DNA of 64,000 nucleotides from Spirochaetota bacterium (GTDB taxonomy: Bacteria; Spirochaetota; UBA6919; CBDBPB01): the NCBI GenBank assembly GCA_965208615.1, contig CBDBPB010000004.1, positions 32,001 to 96,000 on the forward strand, read 5' to 3'. Each line of letters begins with the position of its first letter. The first letter of the stretch is position 1. Both the position numbers and the translations under genes were made by a program. The notes beneath the pieces are model-generated. The model made no database searches, was not told where the DNA came from, and saw only the letters and a list, made by a program, of their open reading frames with translations. Of this stretch, positions 52,342 through 61,692 are shown in pieces.

Positions 52342-53559
52342 ATGAGCTTTGATGTAGGACATGGGCTTAGCAATTTAGAAGATGCCATAAAAGACTTTAA
52401 ACAAGGTAAAATGGTCATATTAGTTGACCGAGAAGATAGAGAAAATGAAGGAGACTTAGTTGTAGCCGCAGAATTCGTTAATAAAGATGCCATTAATTTC
52501 ATGTCTAAAGAGGGTAGAGGACTTATATGCGTTCCTCTTACAAAAGATAGACTCAATGAATTAGACTTAGGCCAAATGGTTACACAAAATACTGAACATC
52601 TACAAACAGCTTTTACAGTATCAGTTGATGCCGCTCACGGCACTAGCACTGGAATATCTGCCAGCGATAGAGCTAAAACTGTTAAAGCATTAATCGACCC
52701 AAAAACTAAACCAGTAGACCTTTCCAGACCTGGACATATCTTTCCTTTAAAAGCAAGAAAAGGTGGAGTATTAGTACGAACTGGTCAAACTGAAGGCTCT
52801 ATCGACTTGTGTAGACTATCAGGCCTTTATCTGGGAGCTGTGATTTGTGAAATTATGAATGATGACGGCTCTATGGCTAGAATGCCCGATCTTCAGAAGT
52901 TCGCAGAAAAACATGATCTTAAAATTATATCCGTAGCTCAGATAATTGAGTATCGTAGAAAAAAAGAAAAATTGGTACACAGAATATCTGAGGCAAAACT
53001 ACCTACTAAATACGGTAACTTTAAAATTATAACCTATGAAAATGATGTTGATGACTTAATCCATATTGCTTTGGTGTTCGGGGATATTAAAAGTAAAGAA
53101 AGTGTTTTGGTTAGAGTACACTCAGAATGCCTCACGGGCGATGTGTTTACTTCTTTACGCTGTGATTGTGGTGAACAATTACAAATAGCTTTTAAGATGA
53201 TCTCTGAAGAAGGTAGAGGTGTCTGCCTTTATATGAGACAAGAAGGTAGAGGAATTGGCCTTCATAATAAAATTAAAGCCTATGAACTACAAGATAAAGG
53301 AATGGATACTGTTGAGGCAAATGAAAAACTGGGATTTAAAGACGATTTAAGAGACTATGGTATTGGTGCCCAAATGCTTAAGGACTTAGGATTAACCAAT
53401 ATACGCCTTTTGACAAACAACCCCAAAAAAATTGTTGCAATAAAAGGCTATCATTTAAATGTTACAAATCGAATTCCGATAATTTGTACTCCTAATGAAC
53501 AAAATAAAAAATATCTTACTACTAAACAAAAAAAAATGGGACATTTTCTCGATATGTAA
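52342..53559 (+). CDS. ribBA: Bifunctional DHBP synthase / GTP cyclohydrolase II
   Basis: [37 protein letters not shown]. Confidence 0.97.
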   Translation: MSFDVGHGLSNLEDAIKDFKQGKMVILVDREDRENEGDLVVAAEFVNKDAINFMSKEGRGLICVPLTKDRLNELDLGQMVTQNTEHLQTAFTVSVDAAHGTSTGISASDRAKTVKALIDPKTKPVDLSRPGHIFPLKARKGGVLVRTGQTEGSIDLCRLSGLYLGAVICEIMNDDGSMARMPDLQKFAEKHDLKIISVAQIIEYRRKKEKLVHRISEAKLPTKYGNFKIITYENDVDDLIHIALVFGDIKSKESVLVRVHSECLTGDVFTSLRCDCGEQLQIAFKMISEEGRGVCLYMRQEGRGIGLHNKIKAYELQDKGMDTVEANEKLGFKDDLRDYGIGAQMLKDLGLTNIRLLTNNPKKIVAIKGYHLNVTNRIPIICTPNEQNKKYLTTKQKKMGHFLDM

Positions 53560-53582
53560 ATTAATACCTTGGGTATACTATC

Positions 53583-54492
53583 TTGGATAAACCTGCTATA
53601 AAAGAGAAAATACTAAGAGAGTTCTTTCGCTATCTTACCATTGAAAGAGGATTAGCAAAAAATACTATTTTATCCTATAAGAACGACTTAAATAAGTTCT
53701 TTGAATATATAAGTCTTTACAAAATAGACTTTACTAACGTTAATCAACAAAATATTGTTAACTATTTTATTAAGCGACTGGACGAAAAACTCTCCCCTAA
53801 AACAATTTCTAGGATATTATCTAGTATTAGGTTATTTTATAATTTCGCTGTTATTGAGGGTATTATTAAGGTTAACCCTACTATTCATGTTAAAAATCCT
53901 AAAACTATTAATAGCCTACCCAACTTTCTTAGCGTAAAAGAAGTAAATATGCTTATATCTTATCCAGATATAAATAGTTATGCCGGATTTAGGGATAGAA
54001 CAATTATGGAGCTTATATATTCCGGTGGACTTAGGGTAAGTGAACTAGTAACCTTAACTGTTAACGCTATTAATATTGATGAACAGTTTTTAATGTTACT
54101 AGGTAAAGGCTCCAAAGAACGACTAGTTCCTATTGGTAGTATTTGTACCAAACTCATTAAGGAATATTTAAACATAGTACGCCCCATCTTAATGAAAAGG
54201 CAAATTCATCCATTTGTATTTGTTAATGTAAAACACGGTAAACCCATTTCAAGAAAAGGTATTTGGATGCTAATAAAAAATTATTCTCTAAAATGCGGCT
54301 TAAAAAAAGAAATAAGCCCTCACTCTTTAAGGCATTCCTATGCAACGCACTTATTACAAGGAGGTGCAGACTTAAGAACCATTCAAGAACTATTAGGCCA
54401 TAAAAATATAACTACTACTCAAATTTATACTCATTTTGAAAAAAAAAGAATTAAAACGCATACACCAAAACTTTCACCCTTATGAAAATTAA
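53583..54492 (+). CDS. xerD: Tyrosine recombinase XerD (extra A at 54439-54447 shifts the last codons)
   Basis: GLRVSEL, GKGSKER, HSLRHS, LLGH, TTQIY; deleting one A gives ELKRIHQNFHP, the usual XerD tail. Confidence 0.88.
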
Positions 54493-54679
54493 AATACTAT
54501 TTAAATATTAACATAGTTATGGCTTAAGCATAATGCTTTAAAAAAATAAAGCTATTTAAATGCATTCATAAATAAATATCTTACGTTTATTCATAACAAA
54601 ACTTAAAACAATTACTGATAAACTACTCTATAGAAAAGCAAAAATATTAATATCTTAAACAAACTATTATATATTTTTG

Positions 54680-54708
54680 TTGACAAAATAGATTAATATT
54701 ATTATGTT
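54680..54708 (+). promoter_or_regulatory. Possible sigma-70 promoter
   Basis: TTGACA-17 nt-TATGTT. Confidence 0.4.
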
Positions 54709-54820
54709 AAAACCTAACTTATACTAAATATAACATTATCTTGCTGATTAATAATAGACTAAAATTAACTATATTAACATATAAATATTAAATATACTCA
54801 TATACCAATTGGAAAAACAT

Positions 54821-56404
54821 ATGAAAAAAATATTTTTTATACCAATAAGCTTTATACTTCTTAGTATTTTTACAACTTTAACCTATTCAAATGACCATAA
54901 TAACCCAAAAAATAATAAAAAATATTTTAGTGAAAAAACTTCAAATAAAAATAATATAAAAAAACAAAATGCTATAAAAAAACCTAGAAAAAGATATAGA
55001 AGGTATTACAAAAAAAGAAAAAAATACTCTTATAAATATAATAGGCGAAGGTCGTTTAGAAGAAGGTCACTTAGAAGAAAGAAAAGAAATAATTCTCGAA
55101 TAAGAAAAGAATATATAGAAAAACTTATAAGAAAAATTACTCTTAATAATAACTCTAATAGCAAAATAAAAAAAGTTGAACTTAACTATAATCTTGGCGA
55201 AACTAACAAAATAGAAAAACAAGATTTGCTTAATAATATCAACTTTAAACTAAATAATATTGAAAAGGCTGTATTTAGTAAAAACTATTTGAACAGCTCA
55301 TCTAATAAGCTGGCCAGTATATATATAAAAGCTTCCCCAAAACAAGGAGAAACTATAGCATTATATATAAAAAGCCCGTATAAAATAGAAAAATGCTTTG
55401 GGAGCATTGCCGGAAAGAAAATCCAGTTTTTTAATATAAAAAATCATAATATTTTTCGTGGATATGTTGGCTTTGATATACAACATCACTATAACTCCAT
55501 AAAAGTAGTTATAGGTGTTTTATTAAAAAATGGAAAAATTACTTTTCTTGAAAAAAAGCTAAATATCGCTAAAAGAGGTGCTAATCGTTATATTTGGGTG
55601 CGACGTTATGGCTATAAACGGATTACTGTTAAATATAAAAAAAGAGTAAAAGATAATGGTAAATTAGTTTGGAAAACCTTTTTTAAGAAAAAAAGAATAC
55701 GTTATAGAAGGCTTGTTAAAATATTACCTCCAACTTTAGTTAAAAAAGCTAAACCTAAAGATATTATAAAAAAAGAGCTTGCTAATAAATTTAAGCAAAA
55801 AATAGAAACTAAAACACCTACTAATCTTTATACTAATAAAAAAGATATTGGTTTTTATGCTTTAGATAACGAGCCTGACTCTTCTAAAAAATCATATACA
55901 AAAAATAACTATATATCTAAAACTGAAAATAGATCATTTAAATATTACTATAAAAAGTCACTTCCCTATAAGCTTTGGAGTGGGGCTTTTTTGCAACCAA
56001 CCTATCCCAATAAAAGAGGTAGGATTTCTTCAAAGTTTGGTGTTTATAGAGTTTTCCGGCTTAGAAGAAGACTTCATAGAGGCTATCATAAAGGATTAGA
56101 CATAGCTATGAAAAGAGGTGAGCCTATATATGCCCCTAATTATGGTGTTGTTGTTGTAGCTAAGTACTTTAAAACAAGGGGTAACGTAGTTATGATTGAT
56201 CACGGACTCGGAGTTATGACTAGTCATCTACATTTAAGTAAGATTAACGTTAAAAAGGGTATGTTTGTAAAAAAAGGACAGCTTATTGGTAAAGTAGGCT
56301 CAACCGGTCGTTCTACTGGTCCTCATCTACACTGGGAAGTAAGAGTTAATGGAGTTAGTGTTGATAGTACTCAGTGGAGAAATAATAAATTTACAACAGA
56401 ATAG
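54821..56404 (+). CDS. M23-family metallopeptidase with Arg/Lys-rich segments
   Basis: Signal peptide; HKGLD and STGPHLHWE motifs. Confidence 0.9.
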   Translation: MKKIFFIPISFILLSIFTTLTYSNDHNNPKNNKKYFSEKTSNKNNIKKQNAIKKPRKRYRRYYKKRKKYSYKYNRRRSFRRRSLRRKKRNNSRIRKEYIEKLIRKITLNNNSNSKIKKVELNYNLGETNKIEKQDLLNNINFKLNNIEKAVFSKNYLNSSSNKLASIYIKASPKQGETIALYIKSPYKIEKCFGSIAGKKIQFFNIKNHNIFRGYVGFDIQHHYNSIKVVIGVLLKNGKITFLEKKLNIAKRGANRYIWVRRYGYKRITVKYKKRVKDNGKLVWKTFFKKKRIRYRRLVKILPPTLVKKAKPKDIIKKELANKFKQKIETKTPTNLYTNKKDIGFYALDNEPDSSKKSYTKNNYISKTENRSFKYYYKKSLPYKLWSGAFLQPTYPNKRGRISSKFGVYRVFRLRRRLHRGYHKGLDIAMKRGEPIYAPNYGVVVVAKYFKTRGNVVMIDHGLGVMTSHLHLSKINVKKGMFVKKGQLIGKVGSTGRSTGPHLHWEVRVNGVSVDSTQWRNNKFTTE

Positions 56405-56698
56405 GTGAATAATTATATTAAACCTTATAAAAATGGAATAGCTCTTGTAATTAGGGCTATACCAAATAGTTCTATTAACAAGATATCTATTGATAACAAT
56501 CGTATAAAAGTCTATATTACAGCTTCTGCAAGAGAAGGTAAAGCAAATAAACAAATTATAAAGTCTTTATCTTCATACCTAAAATTAAGAAAAAAGCAAA
56601 TTGAAATTATTAAAGGAAAAAAAAGTAAAAATAAAGAAATTTATATTTCTGATTTATCTGAAAAAGATATTATTTTTAAATTAAATGAGGTTATTTAA
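56405..56698 (+). CDS. DUF167 (YggU) family protein
   Basis: EGKAN; IIKGKKSKNK. Confidence 0.85.
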   Translation: MNNYIKPYKNGIALVIRAIPNSSINKISIDNNRIKVYITASAREGKANKQIIKSLSSYLKLRKKQIEIIKGKKSKNKEIYISDLSEKDIIFKLNEVI

Positions 56699-57561
56699 TG
56701 AGTCAAGTAGAACTAGCTATTATTGGTGGTAGTGGAGTCTATAATATTGAAAAAATAAATATTGTAGAACAAATATCAATAAAAACTCCTTTTGGATATC
56801 CATCGGATAGAATTGCTATTGGCAATGTTAAAAATAAATTAGTTGCATTCCTTCCAAGACACGCTAAAGGACATACTATATTACCATCAGAAGTACCATC
56901 TAGAGCAAATATATACGCTTTAAAGAGTTTAGGAGTAAAAACTATAATATCTATTAGTGCCGTTGGGAGTCTAAAAGAAGAAATAGCTCCAAAAGACTTT
57001 ATTATTCCTAACCAACTAATTGATATGACCAAATATAGAGAATCATCCTTTTTCGGAAAAGGAATAGTTGGTCATGTTAGTTTTGCTGATCCTTTTTGTA
57101 AAACTCTTTCCGACTATCTTTATAATACTATTAAGTCAGAAAATATTGTTAATATCCATAAGGATGAAACCTATCTTTGCATTGATGGTCCTTTATTCTC
57201 TACTAAAGCAGAAAGCAACCTTTATAAATCATGGGGATGTGGAATTATTGGAATGACCGCTGTACCTGAGGCAAAACTAGCTAGAGAAGCTGAAATATGC
57301 TACGCTACTATTGCTATGAGTACTGATTATGACTGCTGGCATAAAGATCACGAAAATGTTACTATTAACATGATCTTGGAGAATATGAATGCTAATGTTA
57401 ATAATATTAAGTCGTTTTTGATTGATCTTATTAGTAATATTCCTAATTTAAAAAGCTGTTCTTGTAGAAAGGCTGTCGATAATGCTATTATTACTGATTC
57501 TTCTCTACTTAACAAAAATATTAAAGATAGGTTGGAAGTGCTTTATGATAAATACTTATAA
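56698..57561 (+). CDS. mtnP: S-methyl-5'-thioadenosine phosphorylase
   Basis: IIGGSG, RH, SAVGSL, IGMT, TDYDCW. Confidence 0.93.
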   Translation: MSQVELAIIGGSGVYNIEKINIVEQISIKTPFGYPSDRIAIGNVKNKLVAFLPRHAKGHTILPSEVPSRANIYALKSLGVKTIISISAVGSLKEEIAPKDFIIPNQLIDMTKYRESSFFGKGIVGHVSFADPFCKTLSDYLYNTIKSENIVNIHKDETYLCIDGPLFSTKAESNLYKSWGCGIIGMTAVPEAKLAREAEICYATIAMSTDYDCWHKDHENVTINMILENMNANVNNIKSFLIDLISNIPNLKSCSCRKAVDNAIITDSSLLNKNIKDRLEVLYDKYL

Positions 57562-58051
57562 GGTTTATAGGCTAATAAGTTATATTATAGTGATCACTTT
57601 TTTTATTAATATTACACCTTTGTCTTTTGCAAAAAAAGAAAAGAAATCAGATAAATATCATATTATTGATCTAAGTGATGATATTAAACTATCCGAGGCT
57701 GAAAAATATAATAAAAGGCTTTTACCTCCCGAAAAGTTGGAAAAAGAGTATGAAGAGTCCACTTTTAGAAGGTTTGAAATAGTTTTTTTTCTTGCCATTC
57801 CATTTATTATAGCCTATCAGTTTTTATTAAATCAGCTAATTACTAGTAACTTCGCTATTAATGGGCAACGAGGGGGTAAACTCTCTGGTCAACAGTGGGT
57901 TTATATGGGTATGAGTTCTATTTTAGTTGCTTTAGGCGTTGGAGTTAGTGATTATTTATCTATTTCGGGGCGTAGTGATAGTTATAGTCCTTATAGCTCT
58001 CCTGTTGGAGTTATTAATGGTGTAAATATTGCTTTTAATTTTTACTTTTAA
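57545..58051 (+). CDS. Hypothetical membrane protein
   Basis: Signal peptide plus two TM segments; RRFEIVFFLAIPF; start uncertain. Confidence 0.7.
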   Translation: MINTYKVYRLISYIIVITFFINITPLSFAKKEKKSDKYHIIDLSDDIKLSEAEKYNKRLLPPEKLEKEYEESTFRRFEIVFFLAIPFIIAYQFLLNQLITSNFAINGQRGGKLSGQQWVYMGMSSILVALGVGVSDYLSISGRSDSYSPYSSPVGVINGVNIAFNFYF

Positions 58052-58064
58052 GGTGCAACTAATT

Positions 58065-58589
58065 ATGAAATCAAGTATATTTATAGTTATCGTTTTGTTG
58101 TTGGATCAGTTAACAAAGTTTTTGATTGTTAAATATCTCAATTTGTACGAAACCATAAATATTATTAGTAATTTTGTTAGACTAAAATACGTAGAAAACT
58201 ATGGAATTGCTTTTGGTATTGGTTCTAACTTAGATAAGCCTTTTAAGGATTTATTATTTACCTCTTTAACAATTATTGCTATTGGAATAGTTATTTACTA
58301 TTATAGGAAAGTTCCCCTTAAGAAGACTTTTGTCCGTAGCTCTTTTGCATTAATTTTGGGGGGTGCTTTAGGAAATATTTTTGATAAACTCTTTGGCTAT
58401 ATTATATTCCATGGGCAGCTTAAGCTTTTTTATGGAAGAGTGGTAGACTTCATTGATATAGGCTTTAAATCTTATAGATGGCCTACTTTTAATGTAGCAG
58501 ATATTGCTATTACTTTAGGTGTTATTTTTTTGTTTATACTAATTTTACGCTCCGATGATAAGGATCTATTTTCTAGTACCTCTAGTTAA
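58065..58589 (+). CDS. lspA: Lipoprotein signal peptidase
   Basis: DQLTK, NYGIAFG, GGALGNIFD, VVDFI, FNVAD. Confidence 0.96.
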   Translation: MKSSIFIVIVLLLDQLTKFLIVKYLNLYETINIISNFVRLKYVENYGIAFGIGSNLDKPFKDLLFTSLTIIAIGIVIYYYRKVPLKKTFVRSSFALILGGALGNIFDKLFGYIIFHGQLKLFYGRVVDFIDIGFKSYRWPTFNVADIAITLGVIFLFILILRSDDKDLFSSTSS

Positions 58590-58622
58590 CAACATTAAAT
58601 TAACTCAAAAAAATAAAAATAT

Positions 58623-59072
58623 GTGACTATGGATACATTAAATAAAAAAGCCAGAACACAGTTTGATAACTTCATTAAAAAGAAAAAACTTAAGGCTACT
58701 AAAACAAGATATAAAATCCTAGAAGAGACCTTATCTATTAATAACCACTTTACCGCTGAAGAAATATTCATCCAAGTTAAAAAAAAGAAAATTAAAGCCT
58801 CCAGAGCAACAATATATCGCACTCTAGACCTATTAGTTGAGTCTAAGTTATTAATAAAACTTAATCTTGGTACCCTCGAGTCTAAATATGAACACATAAT
58901 AGAACATGGACATCATGATCATCTTATTTGTAACAATTGCGAAGAGGTTATTGAGTTCCATAGTCCAGAAATTGAAAAGCTACAAAATATGGTTTGCCAG
59001 GAACATAACTTTAAAGAAGTTGATCATAGTTTAAAGATATTTGGTCTATGTAGTAAGTGTCAGCTATGTTAG
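58623..59072 (+). CDS. fur: Fur/PerR-family regulator; last codon and stop supplied by the element (TGT TAG)
   Basis: SRATIYRTL, HHDHLICNNC, CSKC. Confidence 0.93.
   Translation: MTMDTLNKKARTQFDNFIKKKKLKATKTRYKILEETLSINNHFTAEEIFIQVKKKKIKASRATIYRTLDLLVESKLLIKLNLGTLESKYEHIIEHGHHDHLICNNCEEVIEFHSPEIEKLQNMVCQEHNFKEVDHSLKIFGLCSKCQLC
58821..59066 (+). repeat. 246-bp direct repeat, left copy
   Basis: Identical to 60791-61036 except G59000 / A60970. Confidence 0.96.
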
Positions 59073-60176
59073 TAATTGTTCTAGTGGTGTAGAGCAAAAG
59101 TATTCTAAGTTAGTTTATCTTTTTAAACTTCCTAAAGTGCAGTTAGTAATTGTTCTAGAGGTATAGAGCAAAAGTATTCCAAGTTAGTTTATCTTTTTAA
59201 ACTTCCTAAAGTGCAGTTAGTAATTGTTCTAGTGGTATAGAGCAAAAGTATTCTAAGTTAGTTTATCTTTTTAAACTTCCTAAAGTGCTGTTAGTAATTG
59301 TTCTAGTGGTGTAGAGCAAAAGTATTCTAAGTTAGTTTATTTTTTTAAACTTCCTAAAGTGCAGTTAGTAATTGTTCTAGTGGTGTAGAGCAAAAGTATT
59401 CTAAGTTAGTTTATCTTTTTAAACTTCCTAAAGTGCTGTTAGTAATTGTTCTAGTGGTGTAGAGCAAAAGTATTCTAAGCTAGTTTATCTTTTTAAACTT
59501 CCTAAAGTGCAGTTAGTAATTGTTCTAGTGGTATAGAGCAAAAGTATTCTAAGTTAGTTTATCTTTTTAAACTTCCTAAAGTGCTGTTAGTAATTGTTCT
59601 AGTGGTGTAGAGCAAAAGTATTCTAAGTTAGTTTATTTTTTTAAACTTCCTAAAGTGCAGTTAGTAATTGTTCTAGTGGTGTAGAGCAAAAGTATTCTAA
59701 GTTAGTTTATCTTTTTAAACTTCCTAAAGTGCTGTTAGTAATTGTTCTAGTGGTGTAGAGCAAAAGTATTCTAAGCTAGTTTATCTTTTTAAACTTCCTA
59801 AAGTGCTGTTAGTAATTGTTCTAGTGGTGTAGAGCAAAAGTATTCTAAGTTAGTTTATTTTTTTAAACTTCCTAAAGTGCTGTTAGTAATTGTTCTAGTG
59901 GTGTAGAGCAAAAGTATTCTAAGTTAGTTTATCTTTTTAAACTTCCTAAAGTGCTGTTAGTAATTGTTCTAGTGGTGTAGAGCAAAAGTATTTTAAGTTA
60001 GTTTATCTTTTTAAACTTCCTAAAGTGCAGTTAGTAATTGTTCTAGTGGTGTAGAGCAAAAGTATTTTAAGTTAGTTTATCTTTTTAAACTTCCTAAAGT
60101 GCAGTTAGTAATTGTTCTAGTGGTGTAGAGCAAAAGTATTTTAAGTTAGTTTATCTTTTTAAACTTCCTAAAGTGC
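59067..60176 (+). repeat. 74-bp tandem array x15
   Basis: (T/A)GTTAGTAATTGTTCTAGTGGTGTAGAGCAAAAGTATTCTAAGTTAGTTTATCTTTTTAAACTTCCTAAAGTGC; 1110 bp; no spacers. Confidence 0.97.
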
Positions 60177-60357
60177 AGATAAAATCTATTTAGTAATTGT
60201 GTTATAATAATTTTTTATCTAAAAGCTATAGTAATTAGTAACTGGGGAGGATGGCGTTTTTTTTTTGATATTAGGTTATTTAAAGGGATATTATTTAATA
60301 ATTTAGTTATCATTTTATGATAGAGTTATGACTAGTCATACAAGGTAAAAAGGCAAG

Positions 60358-60660
60358 ACATATAACGTAAAGGGAAGTGAATTCCAGATTTCTTTATGGA
60401 ACAGGAAAGTTAAGATATTCATGAAAAAGTTATTTTCTTGTGTCAAGCAGGTTATCCTTTTATGCTCTTTAAGTGCTGTTTAATGCCTTAGCAATGAACA
60501 CAAAATATCACTTTTTATGCAAGTAGTCATCACTACGAGAGCTATTAAGAATCCCTTACTGAGACTAAGAATTATAGACCTTTATTAAATGATAACGGAT
60601 TTGCTGTTCCATAAAGGCTTAGAGGGGATTATTGGAATATTCTATATTGACTTTATATGT
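60358..60660 (+). ncRNA. Candidate structured RNA core of the element (also 8083-8385 and 51686-51989)
   Basis: Nested long-range helices with compensatory and wobble changes among three copies. Confidence 0.55.
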
Positions 60661-60790
60661 AAAACTTCAAAAAGTATACCTAATCCTATATGAGTAAATA
60701 ACAAACAAAAAAATAATCTACTAAAACCTTCACTAACAAAATCGCCCAATAAAACCTTTTTTGTTATATTTTCTAAAACGTTTGTTAACA

Positions 60791-61042
60791 ACTCTAGACC
60801 TATTAGTTGAGTCTAAGTTATTAATAAAACTTAATCTTGGTACCCTCGAGTCTAAATATGAACACATAATAGAACATGGACATCATGATCATCTTATTTG
60901 TAACAATTGCGAAGAGGTTATTGAGTTCCATAGTCCAGAAATTGAAAAGCTACAAAATATGGTTTGCCAAGAACATAACTTTAAAGAAGTTGATCATAGT
61001 TTAAAGATATTTGGTCTATGTAGTAAGTGTCAGCTAAGCTAA
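60791..61042 (+). pseudogene. fur: Duplicated 3' part of fur (right direct repeat 60791-61036 plus probable original end KCQLS*)
   Basis: 245/246 identity to 58821-59066; lacks most of the DNA-binding domain. Confidence 0.9.
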
Positions 61043-61181
61043 CTTATTAAAACTTAATAATATAAAATTAAATAAGTATATAAAAGCTTAAATAATTATT
61101 AAACAATAGTTTTTATTGCATTACTATATAATTTTAACTATCTTTTTAAAATAAAATACTCTATTCTTAGGAGATGATAAA

Positions 61182-61643
61182 ATGCAAACTAATGCAAGTG
61201 AGGTTTTTCAATTCGCAATAAAAATAGAGGAAAACGGAGAAAAGTTTTATAGAGAACTAGCAAATAAAATTAATAATAAATTCATTAAAAACATCTTTAA
61301 TATATTAGCCGATGAAGAGGTTGTCCACGCTAAAATATTTAGCGATATGTTATCTCAATTTGAATCGTATACCCCAACAGATTACTTTCCAGAAGAATAC
61401 TTTGTCTACTTAAAAACACTTGTAGATAATGAAATATTCAACACTAATAAACTCGATGAAAAAATAGATAGTATAACAACTGGCGAAGAGGCAATAAAAC
61501 TGGCAATTAGAAAAGAACTCGACTCAATACTATATTACCAGGAAATGAAAAAAATGCTCCCCCCTGATCAGTACTCCCTAATAGATAAAATACTAGAACA
61601 AGAACGAATACACTTCATGAGGTTAACCAATATAGAAGTATGA
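61182..61643 (+). CDS. Ferritin-like / rubrerythrin-family protein
   Basis: AIKIEENGEKFY, EEVVH, ELDSILYY, QERIH; AGGAG RBS. Confidence 0.88.
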   Translation: MQTNASEVFQFAIKIEENGEKFYRELANKINNKFIKNIFNILADEEVVHAKIFSDMLSQFESYTPTDYFPEEYFVYLKTLVDNEIFNTNKLDEKIDSITTGEEAIKLAIRKELDSILYYQEMKKMLPPDQYSLIDKILEQERIHFMRLTNIEV

Positions 61644-61692
61644 AAAAGCTTTATAGAAAATAATATCAAAGTTTAATTAATAACTATTACTT

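Larger units (their letters stand above)
59067..60790 (+). mobile_element. Copy 3, complete non-autonomous non-coding element (1724 bp)
   Basis: TGTTA...TAACA termini; 13/18 imperfect inverted repeat; bounded exactly by the 246-bp direct repeat; related copies elsewhere in window; no transposase ORF. Confidence 0.85.

Noticed and set aside
53583-54492. Integrase mobilising the element
   Set aside because: Sequence and context fit housekeeping XerD; nothing links it to the element.
1855-58897. Short track ORFs overlapping longer genes (e.g. 1855-2100, 9689-10045, 28073-28489, 58595-58897)
   Set aside because: Antisense or off-frame shadows of well-supported genes with no recognisable motifs.
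59067-60176. CRISPR array
   Set aside because: Units are contiguous and near-identical with no unique spacers; no cas genes in the window.
59067-60176. Type III toxin-antitoxin repeat array or a concatemer-encoded ORF
   Set aside because: No toxin ORF downstream; the 74-bp period passes through stop codons on both strands.
60545-60560. IS200/IS605 or TnpB omega-RNA end (AAGAATCCC)
   Set aside because: Short match, changed in copy 1, and the GC-rich terminal hairpin is missing.
58821-61036. Prophage or ICE attL/attR in fur
   Set aside because: Only 1.7 kb of non-coding DNA between the repeats, no integrase, and other copies lack fur sequence.
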